A DNA stretch of 64,000 nt, from positions 60,698,001 to 60,762,000 of the forward strand of contig NW_024704744.1 of NCBI RefSeq assembly GCF_018977255.1. The letters are read 5' to 3'. This stretch comes from Callorhinchus milii. Its lineage: Eukaryota. Shown here piece after piece: positions 50,251-62,064 of this stretch. Below the pieces are notes generated by a model. That model searched no databases. It was not told the DNA's origin and saw only the letters and a list, made by a program, of their open reading frames with translations. A program made the position numbers and the translations under genes. How positions within the stretch are numbered: the first letter of the stretch is position 1; every line of letters starts with the position of its first letter.

Positions 50251-51299
50251 TTTGAACCAATCTTTGGTCAGTCAGGTGTCTGCCATGTGCAAAAACCCAT
50301 CACCATGCTTAAGAGGATCCGGATCAAAGTTCTACATTCGTATGTCACCTAAACAGGGAAATTTTCCTGTCTCAGGAATAGAATACAAATTCTCTCCATG
50401 GTGGGGTACACTCTGCTTACCAATTCTAGAAAGTATTAAGCACAGGTTGGCAAAAAAGAAGGTTTAAGGACCCCAGAATGTGTGTTGGGATACTGCTAGA
50501 GTTGAACCAATTAAAACTACATAGCTTGCCACTGAAAGCAACGTCTGGTAAGATTTCCATTGCTTGTCCAGCTGGGACATCTTACCTGTTAGGGTTTTGA
50601 CTTGCGGGATGGTTGCTATGTCATTAGTAGTACCCTGGAGTACTGTGGACTACCCAGTTCAGCTTCAAGGAGACCCGTGTACTTCACCCTAGGAGGATAG
50701 TAATCAATCTTGCTATCTTGGGAAGATAAAAATGCTCACCTAAAATGCTCAGATTAGGCCATGAATTGGCTAATTTGCTGGTAAAATGCCAGCATACATG
50801 TAAAGGGTTTTCTGCTCACCTGTGTTTCTCTTCATTCAACCTCTGTGTAAGATGTAAGTTTCCAGGGTATATCAAGGTGTTGATGTTTCCATCATGTACA
50901 ACTATACTGTTTAAGCTATTCATTTTAAATGGAATGGGGGGGGGGATTTCTGTTTGTTGAGTTGAAGGATATCAGTACTGAAAAAATAAGCACTTTCATT
51001 TTCATTATCTCAGGTCAAGTGTAGCACTGATTAGATGTAGGGTAAAACTACCTCAATAATGTACATTGAGTTGAACCTCAGAGGAATCCCATCTACTGTA
51101 CCAGTGGGATATACCCAGTTCTTACATCAACCAACCTAATTAACTGTCAAAGAAAAACTGCAAATCTCATGTTAACTATTTCCAACTTAGGAATCATTTT
51201 ATCTGAGCCCACGATGAACTGAATGATGACTGGAAGGATGGACAGTCATTCCTTCAAGTGGATCAATAGGGAAAAAAAGAGGTCACTCTGGGCAGGAAG

Positions 51300-51565
51300 A
51301 TAATAATAATAATAATAATCCTTGCATTTGATATAGCGCTTTTCATGTCTTCTTGATGTCTCAAAGTGCTTCACAGAATATACTGTAAAGTGAATCGACT
51401 ATATTGTGTGGGCGAAACGCGACAGCCAATTGCACACAAACAGTCGTGGATTGAAATGAACAATTTATTATTGTTTTTTTTCTTGAGGGATTATTATCAG
51501 GCGTGTGGAGTAAGGAAACTTGCCCAAGGTTTCGCCCCACCAGGAATCGAACCCAGGTACAAGCT
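51300..51565 (-). mobile_element. SINE, head partly missing
   Basis: (AAT)n ccttgcatttgatatagcg...ggagtaaggaaacttgcccaagg...ggaatcgaaccc. Confidence 0.88.
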
Positions 51566-52019
51566 GGGACAATCTTTAAATATATGAAGGTAAATGTGGA
51601 GGGAGGTGAAATCAGATCAGATTCTAACACTCACCATTCATCAGCCCTCAATCTTTTTGAATCAAAGTGTGGTTTACAGGAGCATTTAACGATTCAGGTT
51701 TGGGGGACTGAGCAGTGTAGTGAATTGGAGATCTGATGTTTTGAGTTACAGAAGGATAAGTGATAGGCTCAAGCCTATGACTCTCCAAGTGCCCAATCCT
51801 TTCCAGAATCCACCAGTGCACTGAGCAGAAGCCATAGTAAAGAAAAGGAAGAAAGGATTAATCATCTTAGGCCATGCCTCACATCTTATTGCTGGCAGTA
51901 GAGAGGTACCGGCAGGGACCTCTTGGCTCAGAAAGGTGTACAGTACTGGGAAACTTTACAAAGGGAAAACGTGATCAAATCAATTATTAAAAACAAACAA
52001 ATAAATCAAGTTGAACTCA

Positions 52020-52600
52020 CATTGGAGAGCACAAGGCTCATGAGAAGTTCTGAATTGAATCTCTTTGTAAAATATCATAAGATGAGTGCCCAGCAGACCT
52101 TTTATATGGCTGTATAGAAAGCTTTTGCATACACTCTGATCAAACTGGGCTTCAGTCCAGGTTCTACCAGAATACCCAAATAGTCGAGAATCACAAGGAT
52201 CCTACACAGCACGGGATCCTGTCCATGATCTTGGCACCAGATGGCAAACCTTTTCCACTTACTGTTATAAACAGACTGTGTGGAAGATTTCCTTGCAGCT
52301 ATGATGATCTCTATCACCTCTTTTCATAAGCCCTGTTCAACAGCCAAGCCAGCAGCTGGAGGCTGGATGTTTTTTGGTGCCAGACTCTCTGAGAGAAAAG
52401 GCGCCTCATGTTGAGAAGGGAAAGTGACGGTCTCTCTGTGAATAAGACCAGAAAGTCTGAGAGATATGGCTGTCAAAGCCACCTGGAGGCTATAAGGTTT
52501 ATTCCATGCCCTAGTCCTTCCAATTTCCTGAACAAGTGGAATCTGGGATAGTGGGGCAAGATCATATTGGTACAGCTGCTCATCCACTGATTGTGTACGA
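52020..52600 (-). mobile_element. DIRS-like tyrosine-recombinase retrotransposon relic (end of pol + start of YR)
   Basis: ORF 52317-52102 IIAARKSSTQSVYNSKWKRFAIWC..GQDPV..VILDYL..LVEPGLKPSLIRVY resembles the N-terminal SAM-like domain of DIRS1 YR. The upstream frame LFRKL...NLIASRWL*QPYLSDFL...LFSQRVWH...LQLLAWLLN resembles the DIRS pol C-terminus (LIAPxWPRQPWFSDL...LLSQ...LxAWLL). Confidence 0.8.
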
Positions 52601-53249
52601 TTCTGAAATAATACATGGCGTGGGGGTATGGGGGGAAGAGAAAGATACAGTCAAATATTTGCATAGTTATTACATCCTTAATCTCCCTGTATGATTGCCT
52701 GGTCTGGGACTAAGTGGGTTAAGTTAATGACCTTGGCACAATGCACACTGATGCCCATATTAAGCAAATTACAGACCGGCAGAATTTCACCCCTTAAGAT
52801 CTATTAATAATTAATTAATAATAATAATCCTTGCATTTGATATAGCAACTTTCACTTCAAGAGGACGTCACAAAGTGCTTCATAGGATATACTATAAAGC
52901 GGAGTGACTGTGTATTTTGTGGATGAACAAGGTAGCTGAGTCAGTATCTCAGCTCAAGTTGTGGTCTGAAATTCTTTGGTTAAATATACTTAACAGGAAA
53001 GGGGCCAGCTGGGACCACCCAACATAGTGGCCTTTGGCTTTCAGGTTATAAGAGCTGATTGGAAGAATCCCTGCCCCAAGTGACTGATCTGCCCCTCAAA
53101 TTCCTGTTATCAACAGTGGCTCAGAGGATTCACATACCTCATGGCTGCACTAAACTTGGAAACTACAGAGGTAGCAGACAGACTTCTTGATTCAGACATT
53201 CCATTGCCAAGGACATTATTTGATAATTACAGAAAATTATTTGAAGTGG

Positions 53250-53401
53250 TAAATAATTATTTGGGGAGGACAAGTATGTAGGGCTATAGGGAGAGAGCGG
53301 GGGAATGGGATTGAATTGGATAGCTCTTTTCAAAGAGCCGGCACAGACACGATGGGCCAAATGGCCTCCTTCTGTGCTGTAAAATTCTATGATTCTATGA
53401 T
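53250..53401 (+). mobile_element. CR1-type 3' end with (ATTCTATG)n tail
   Basis: gggctatagggagagagcgggg...ggatagctctttcaaagagccggcacagacacgatgggccaaatggcctccttctgtgctgtaaaattctatgattctatga. Confidence 0.85.
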
Positions 53402-54064
53402 TTAGTTCAGGCCCAAAGGGGCGCCACTTAGCTCCCCTTCCCGTGGAGCATAATTCCCATTGTTGAAAGTGTCTTTTTCAAATATCACATTTGACCACTA
53501 AGTGAAAAATCTGAGGAAGTGTAATTTTAATGTACATTCACATGTGCTGCCATTGGAATGAGTAAAGAACCTGTAAAAAGGCAGGACTATTATAACAACA
53601 GCATGCACTGATGTACAGAAGGGCCTTCCACATAGGATGAATGTCTTGAAACATTACACAGGGATGAAAGAGAGAACTAAGCAAGGAAGGAAAGAAGGAA
53701 CATTTATGATGTTGATCAAAAGCACAGTCAATAAATTCAATTGAAGAGGATTCTTGGAGCGAAACTAGATGAGGGGATTTGGGGCAGAGTTCTTAAGAGT
53801 GGAGCTTAGTAGAAACCTTAGCAACTACTGATGGAATAGAAGAAGTGAGGAATGAGCACCTCCAGCAAATATAGACACACATCATACTGTCCAACGCTTT
53901 GAGACATCCTCCCAACGTGAAAGGCGCTCTATAAATGTAATTTTGTTGTTGTTGTTATACTGTTCTGTTTCAATTTTCAGGTTTCTATAAATTAAAATTA
54001 CTAATGTCCTAAGGAAACCGCACTGAGATTGTCAGTGGATACCAGCATATTTCTCCTGTAATAC

Positions 54065-54244
54065 TTTCTCTTCAACCATGCCTTCACCTCCCCTCTCGAC
54101 TATCTACCCGCTCCTCGCTCCCTCCCTTCCCTCCCCTCACCCTGACCATTTCCCCCCTGCTCGGGTCCTGACCCAACTGTCCAGCGCCTTGGGACGTCCT
54201 CCCGACGTGAAAGGCACTCTATAAATACAATCTTGTTGTTGTTG
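54065..54244 (+). mobile_element. Young L2 3' end (~180 bp), ~90 nt from the exon donor at 54334
   Basis: Closely similar to 12772-12934 and to the reverse complement of 26306-26487. Ends in (TTG)n. Confidence 0.9.
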
Positions 54245-54334
54245 TAGTGCTTTTGAATGACTGGATTGTTCCACAGAAATGTTCATAACATGGACTTATT
54301 GATGGCAATTAATAGAATCAGAAGTAACTCCTAC

Positions 54335-54443
54335 CTGTTTTTTCCTGCAACTTGTTCAAGTTTCCAGTTTAAAGTTCGACACTCTGCTTTCAGCTTGTTT
54401 ATGAGTGTATTCTGGGAACTAAGGAGCGTGTCCAGGTCTGTAA
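54335..54443 (-). CDS. SDCCAG8: SDCCAG8 internal coding exon (109 nt; probably equivalent to human exon 15)
   Basis: Minus strand reads gcttctattttAG|TT ACA GAC...AAA AAC AG|GTAGGA. Translation (V)TDLDTLLSSQNTLINKLKAECRTLNWKLEQVAGKN(R) resembles recalled human LLTSQNTFLTKLKEECCTLAKKLEQISQKTR. Phases 1 and 2 fit both neighbouring exons. Confidence 0.95.
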
Positions 54444-54584
54444 CTAAAATAGAAGCAAAGGTTATAGAGTGTTAATTGTTTGTTGTGCATCAATTAGATC
54501 ATGTGGTTATAACCTCTGTGGTTATTTTGCATTTTTTACTTTATGCATTTCTATTCACTTTTACTTTTACTCCAGTAAAATGCT

Positions 54585-54902
54585 TGGGGAGCGCTTCATT
54601 GTTGGAAGTGTCACCCATCAGATGAGTTGTTAAACTGAGGTCCTGTCTGTTCGTTCAAGTGGAGATTAAAGATTTCATAATAATAATCTAAAAGAGAAGA
54701 GAGTTTTTACCAATTTCCTGGTCAACAATTCTTCATATAAAATTGGTTGTTCACTTCGTGTCTGTTTGGGGACATTGCTGTGGGCAAATCTATCGCCGAG
54801 TTTGCCCATAAATCAGTCAATCTACAGTAAATCCTGTGAAGCGCTTTGAGATATTTTGATAAAGTCATTATGCACTGTAGCAAATCCAAGGATTATTATT
54901 AT
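54585..54902 (+). mobile_element. Old Deu-SINE
   Basis: tcagatgagttgttaaactgagg...ctgtttggggacattgctgtg...tgtgaagcgctttgag...caaggattattatt. Confidence 0.75.
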
Positions 54903-56524
54903 TTACTCTCTACCAGCTAGAAGCACCAAGGGAGTTTGGAATAAAGACAAGATTTGACAAGTTTGGTGTTATTGAGGCACTTTTGTTTGAGACAACGGAA
55001 TCTATATAATGCTGATTGCTATAGGCAGCTCTTTTCAGAAAGTCTTAAAGATGGAAAATCCCATTGTTACGTTGTAACAAAAAGATCTCTGTTGTTATCT
55101 TACAGTTATAGGATGGACCCCAAAATAAATAAATTTTCTCTGCCCAGTACACAGGCAGTACTGCCACCTGTTCTTGTTTTCCATGTAGCTCCCTTACCTG
55201 GAGTTCTGTGCATTCTGAAATACTGTTTTGTTTTGTACAAACTCATGGATATTTGAGGTAAACTCATTTGATGAGGCTATTCGAGTCTGAATATTTAATT
55301 GAGGTTTAGATTGAAACTTGTCCCTCCAGCTGGGATTTCAACACTACCAACAGCTGTGCTAAGTCACTGCATTTAAAATACCACAGGACATATAGAATTT
55401 AGTTTCACTAGTGTGCAAGTGCTTAGCAACTAATTGATTACAGTGGATGGTACCAGAGGTTCACATCTCTGTGGTTTACTGGGTGTGAGATTTGTTCACA
55501 TTCAGTAAATCTTTGGTTCTTGAATCATGCTCCTACCCCAGAATACAACAGGGAGAAAAAACAAACAGAATTGGCTTACATTTGGACCTATAAATAATTA
55601 TAACTTAAAATATTCTAATTTATGCAACATTAGTTCAATAATATTGTGAATATTTTGAAATGCATTTTGCTTTCCTATAGGATGTGGTACAAAATATCAC
55701 CGAAACAGACAAAATAATACCTTTAGAACAGAATCTAAAAAAATATTTTCTTATGAAGTAGTTTTGTTATAACCTGACAGTTCTGCTGCTTAATGGGTTA
55801 TCCTTGATGTGGATGCTGCTCATTTAAGTTAGGCATGCGTAAATGACCTATATTGATAAGATTAGTACTATATGTATACTAAAATGGGTCAAGTAAAATT
55901 ATCTTAAGATTAACAAAATAAAGGTCAATGTTCTTACCTATATAAAATATATTCTACACTTGTATGAATCCTCAAGCCATACACACATTTGCATGATACA
56001 GTATCATGTTCATATTGCAGCAAGTTTGTCTACTTAAATGTGTAATTAGATCTGTGCATAAAAATACAGTGTTCAAAGCATTAACATATTCAGCACTCCA
56101 ATAAAATACAGTGCTAATGTCTGTAGGAGCAGTTTCTTGTTAAGAGAACTAGACAAAGAGGATTCAGTTTTTATGGGCTCAATATATTTGAATGTGGGTC
56201 ATGCATAAATCATTCAAACTAATGACTATGGTATACAAATAGGTTAGGCACATTTAATTTGTCAAGTAAAAAAAGAAACTTTCTAAGAAGCTCCTTCTAA
56301 ATATTATTCAGCGCCTTGGGACGTCCTCCCGACGTGAAAGGCGCTCTATAAATGGAATCTTGTTGTTGTTGCTGTTGTTATTCTCAGAATAATAAAGTAA
56401 ATAAAGTGATGTACGGGAATATAAAAAATGACACTTTGTAATAGTGGTACTCGTATAAAATCCAGAATTTAAATGCTTAATTTTGGAACTCTGTGTCAGT
56501 ATAGATCAGAAATAAACAACAATG

Positions 56525-56770
56525 TAATAATAATAATATGATTCTTGCATTTGATATAGTGCCTTAGCACATCTTTGAGACGTCTCAAAGCTCTTCACAG
56601 AATATGCTGTGAAGTGAATTGTCTATATTTTGTGGGCGACGCGGCAGCACACAACAGTGTTTCACAAACAGTCGTGGATTGAGTGACCACATTTTTTATT
56701 TTTTTAAAAAAAAACCTTTGTTTAAGGGATTATTACCCCCGGGAAAACGATCCGCCGATCAACTAACAAT
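56525..56770 (-). mobile_element. SINE 3' half (long variant)
   Basis: ttcttgcatttgatatagtgcc...cacaaacagtcgtggattgagtgacc...ggaaacgatccgccgatcaactaac. Confidence 0.82.
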
Positions 56771-59700
56771 TTATGTACATTTATATAGTTCCATTTCTGT
56801 AAGTAACACTTCAAAACATTACCAATAGCTAATGGCTGATATCAACCAAAGATGCAAAAAATAAAATTCCTTAACAAACCAGCAAAAACATCTATATTCA
56901 GGCTCTTATATTTTAAAATCTCAAAAAGTGGAATGCTGATCTCTACAGTATTCACATGGACACGTTTAGTTGTGAAACACAGGTGGAAATGAATTCACAC
57001 CATCTCAAATGGAAACATTTTAGTCAGAAATACATTCCTAATACTGTACACAAAGTGGCAATCTTTTCATTTTAATGTTTTAATATGCACATCATTTGCA
57101 ACAATGTGTTCTCTCATTCTATGGGTTAACAAATGTTTTAAAAAGCTCACAGAATGGGAAGTGAACCAGACTGAAACACTTGAATTAAGACTGTTGAAAA
57201 TCTCTCAGATCCTTCAACTTCAACCATTAGTGAAAAATGTGACACACTGAGTACTGAATACAGTTGTCTTTCACTGTAATATGGATTGTAATTAGGTTCA
57301 CATCATAACGGAGACCCAGCATTTACCAGCTTTCACTGCATTGAAAAAATACATAAAAGATAAAAACATAGTATATTTCTGCATAATATTGAAAGTTATT
57401 AATTCTAATGTAGAACACTGATGCCTTGAAGAGCATAAATTGGGTCCCTAGTTAAATGGTTATACGCTAAGCTAATTTAGAATTTCGCCACATATATTCA
57501 TGCAGCAAATGTATTCCCATCATCTGTGTAGTCTAAAGTAATGGTATTTGGCACTTACATTTTCCCTGCGTTGCACTGTTCTCCTATAGCCTGTGTGATA
57601 TTCACCAGATGATGAGATTCAGTTGCTCTAAGATCTGGTTCTTACAGTATCTCTTTTTTACCCCATCCAACTCTTTTTTTTGCCACAAATTTATTTTTAA
57701 ACCTCGAACAAATTTCAGTCAACAATAACTTTCTGTTTGATCAGCTTTTTCTTTTAAAAATTAAAAACGTATTTCACATCTGTGTGACAGCTTGTGAAGT
57801 ATATACACAAACTAGAAAGATGAACTCAGGATGAATGCAAACTAATTAACAGAAATTCACAGGGCAATAGAAAAGCAACTTTCTTTTCTAAGCTCCCAAT
57901 GATCATATTTGGGTGTCATGATCAAGATATTATGTAGCACAAATCTAACCAATACAAAAGTTACAAGTTTTTTTAACAATATAACCATTTTGGAAAACAA
58001 AGCCCTCAAAATCTGGGAACCATAAATATAATTTCAGCCTTCAACTTTGTAAACAATTTACTAAAATAGTGCAACATCGATACACTATTTGATTTCAACA
58101 TTATGAAGTGTATTATTTAAATTGTTTACCAATGTGGATATTAAAAGTATCTGTATTTAACTTTCTGAGTTCTGAGGGAGTTAATTCAATATCTAGGAAG
58201 ATGTTTGCTGGTTACCTTTTCAGTGTCAGAATTGACACAGTTACAATCTATGATGTGATCAACTTAGGCACGAGAATCTCGATTGATAATCAGTTGTAAA
58301 ACTGCCTGCTTAAAAATATTCTTAGTCCTCAGTGCTTTTATTTAAAAATAATGTTGCTCCTACCTCCAAGTAGGAGAGTAGAATGAAGGAAGAATAGGGC
58401 AATACAAGCTTAGGTAGAGTTAAAAAAGTTCAGTAGGGAAAAATAACATTGAACATTACAAATCTAAGATAGAGAGTAACGACCAGGGGAGAAAAAAAGA
58501 CTCTGAAAGAGCACACACAACATGCTAAAAAAGAGTAACATGCATTTATTTTAATAGTTTAGGATTCACATTATTGCCATAAAGCTATTCCTGATTTTTC
58601 GTGGCTTACTTGGAGTGTTACAATTGTATTGATAAACGCTCAGGGAGATATAAAGAAAGGATTTGCATTTGCTATAGCACTTCATAATATTGAATCATCC
58701 CAAAATGCTTCTACATAATCACAGTTAAGTGTAGTTACTGTTGTTGGTCAACCTGCAGTCATCTGGGCTAGCACGTTCCCACAAGCAGCCACAAATTTTG
58801 TGGAAAACTAACCTGGAGAATTGTGGGTTTTCCCATATTTGTCAACAGTTTTAGAGCTAGTTAATCTTTAATGATTAAACAGTATTTATAGGATTATTTA
58901 TTGTAATCACTTACTAGGATATAAATATAATATAATATATATCCATATATAAATGATGAGCCTAGAAAAAACTATTCTCTATCTTAATTTTGCAGTCCAC
59001 CTGGCCAGTCAGAAAGTATAAATCTCACTGACATGCTGTCGAATGTGGAATTTATTCATGTAGAAATATTTCTAGGAAATAACCCTGCCCCACAAATTTT
59101 GCAAGGTTCACATTCACACATTTGGCCACTGGGAGGCATGCAGGAGTGATGGGGGCTGGGGTGCCAACGAGAAGAAATGTATTGTCAAATTTTGTCTCCC
59201 TGTCCTTTGATCTCTCCACAGCAATACAGCTCAGCTTAGATACTCAAAGGAATGAAAAGATGAACTGGTGCCCTTTCTCACCAATGTATTACACACTCAT
59301 ACTCTGAAATGTGCCTGGTATACTAGATATCTTATTTTCCTTGCACTATTAAAAAAAAGGCATTTAAATGGAAGTGAATTTTAAAAAGAAAATAGAAAAA
59401 TAATACTCAGAAAATAAAATGAGACAACGGACAAAGTAAAGCTGAAAATCAAAACATTAATGTACTAACTTGTAAATTTGAATTTTCTAAAGATATTATA
59501 AGTCAGGTCACTGCAGCCAATTAGAACAATGATCATAATGGCAACAGAATGTTATTGAAGAGCATGTAGTGCAAATTCCCTTTATTTATATACAAGAATA
59601 CTGCTCATCTAACCTTAGCAACATTGAAATGCTGTAAAAGAATAAATCACATTGTCTGTATTGTAATAGGGTAGAGGAGTAGGAGAAAGAGGATCTGTTC

Positions 59701-60214
59701 CCATCGTTATACATGGAATTACAGTTGACTTGAAGTGATGAATCTATAACAACCCTAGAAATTCTGATTCCTCTATAAACCAGGACAATGAATCTCACAG
59801 TTTGCAGCCATTATGTGATCCCTAGATTACATTACAGCCTTATAATCAATTATCATAGATCATTTTTAAACACTATATAAATAAAATGAAAATAATACCA
59901 ATGCTATTTACCCATAGAACTGAAATATAAGACTATGGTACGTAAAACACAGTACTCCCAAATCAGATTTGCTGCGTTAATTGTGATTTCTGGTTTGTGA
60001 ATATTGGATTATGAAATTCATGGCGGGTGAATTGCAATCTTAAAACAGCACAAAAAATACATTTACATTTTACTGGCTGGCATTATATGGTATGCAATTC
60101 ACGATCACTGACCATAAACTTTGCAAGCTGATATTTTCAAACCAACAATTTTAAACCAAAAAAGGTAATCAACATAAATTCAGTTTGCAAATATTTCATT
60201 AAAATTATAATAAC

Positions 60215-60598
60215 ACTTACATTTGATATATCGTGTTGTCAAAACATTTCAAAGCGCTTCACTGTGGAATGCAATAACTCAGTGATTAGTAGGTGAATTC
60301 AGCAGCCACAAAGTAAATGCCAAATTTTATATGGGAGAATTGTTGACCAGGTCACTGGGAGAAACTCCCTTCTCTCTTTGAATAGTACCGTGGGATCTTT
60401 AACAATCACCTGAACAGGCAAATGGGACTTCGGTTTAACACATCATCTGAAGGATGGAACCTCTAACAATGCAGCACTCCTCCAGCACTAACCTGGAGCA
60501 CCAACCTAAATTGAGAACTAAAAGTACCAATGTAGAGCTTGAATCAACAACCTTCTGACTGAGGTGAGAGTTTCACCAACTGCGCAAGGTTCACACCT
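60215..60598 (-). mobile_element. Old full-length Deu-SINE
   Basis: cttacatttgatata...aaagcgcttcac...gtgggatctttaac..cacctgaacagg...catctgaaggatggaacctc...caaccttctgactgaggtgagag. Confidence 0.8.
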
Positions 60599-61936
60599 AA
60601 GAAGAAAGGTATATTATCAAATCAGTTGAGTTCAGATCCCCAGAATTCACGCTCAAGTGTAGTGTTCTACCTCGGCAGCACCTGGAGTACAGTGGTCGCT
60701 CTCATGGGAAAGAATGGTCTGTCAAGTCTGAAAAAGATGGGCTTGTCCATAAAGTCAGGATTTTCACCTCCATGTCAATAGCATATTCTCACAACTCTTT
60801 CTTGTATAATTTGAACCTGGTGGTAAGTTTCAACACTGGATAGAGAAAAATAATAATATACAAATATCGGTGATGTCTTGGCATTTTTACTAAGAGTGAA
60901 GCTACTCTTTCTTGTACCAGGGCAACATCACAGAACATTCTCTGGAAACAGAATTTCTCACTTGTCAGTACAAGAGAATTAAAGGCCTCTGCAATGCTGG
61001 AGGCATTCTTTCAGGGCTACATATGGTGTCGCTGCTTGAGAGAGAAAATAAATCATAAGATGAATGCACTCTATGTGAGTCAACCTCTACCTGAGGAGTC
61101 ATCAGTAGTAGTGCTCAAATTATATCCACAAGATGTTGTACATTTTAACAATATTTATGCTCCCTATTAGAAAGTACTTCACTTTTCCATTCTCCCAACG
61201 GTACTACAGTACTGGAGTTTTGAAATGCAGAGCATTACATTATCATTCAGCGTGGAAGCCTGTGGATACTTCAGTTACCCTTTGTAGAGAAATAACGCAG
61301 GCGGCTTTCAGACACTGCAAATGATGACTGAAATAAAATATAAAGGTGGGAAGAATATAGAATGGGATAAGCAGACCTTTTCCAGCGCTTGGATTTATAT
61401 TATCTAATGGCTCGGGCACATTAGGTGACGACTAAAACCTGAAGATTAATTCCAAATCCAGAAGTATTTGAAGTCATCAGGCAGCAAAAGTAGTTATTTA
61501 AAATCTGTGTGACAACAGCAAGATGGCATTCAAAGAGTTTTAACCATAAGCTGGCAGCATTTCCCGCTGAGCTTCTGATGCGATTTTTCTCATATAACAT
61601 GTGTGCCCTAAAATCCAGCCAAGAGAAGCCCCTTTGTTCTTTACTTTGTGCTGGCAACACTCTGCTTTAAGTTTCTTAACACAGGTAAATAAACTCATAA
61701 TCCAGATGGTGCAACAGATGTGAGACCAGCATTCTGAAATCAACAGACAGTGGGCAACGGTTTTCATTTCCCTTTTAAACGCTAACTGATATGTAATTCG
61801 GAATCTCCGGTGAAGTTAGCAGCTGCTCCCTTTGGCCAGCCAAAGGTTACAGGTGTTCCTGATGTCATTTCACAGTGAGGTGTGGGCTCGGCCTGCGAGA
61901 GAGGTGTCCTGGCTCTAATCTATGCCGACCACCTAC

Positions 61937-62064
61937 CGGTTTTGTCATGCTGGGCCTCCATTTGCTGCATCTTTTCTGTTAGCTCCCGCTCTCGATGTTG
62001 AGCTTGAAAGGCCAGGGCCTTGATATCATCACTGTGGCTGCGGAAAAAGCTGTCCTTTTCCAGC
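61937..62064 (-). CDS. SDCCAG8: SDCCAG8 internal coding exon (128 nt; probably equivalent to human exon 14)
   Basis: Minus strand reads ccttgttgtctttctcAG|G CTG GAA AAG...AAA ACC G|GTAGGT. Translation (R)LEKDSFFRSHSDDIKALAFQAQHRERELTEKMQQMEAQHDKT matches recalled human SDCCAG8 RQEKDSIQQSFSKEAKAQALQAQQREQELTQKIQQMEAQHDKT. Its phase-1 end joins the next exon in frame. Confidence 0.95.
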
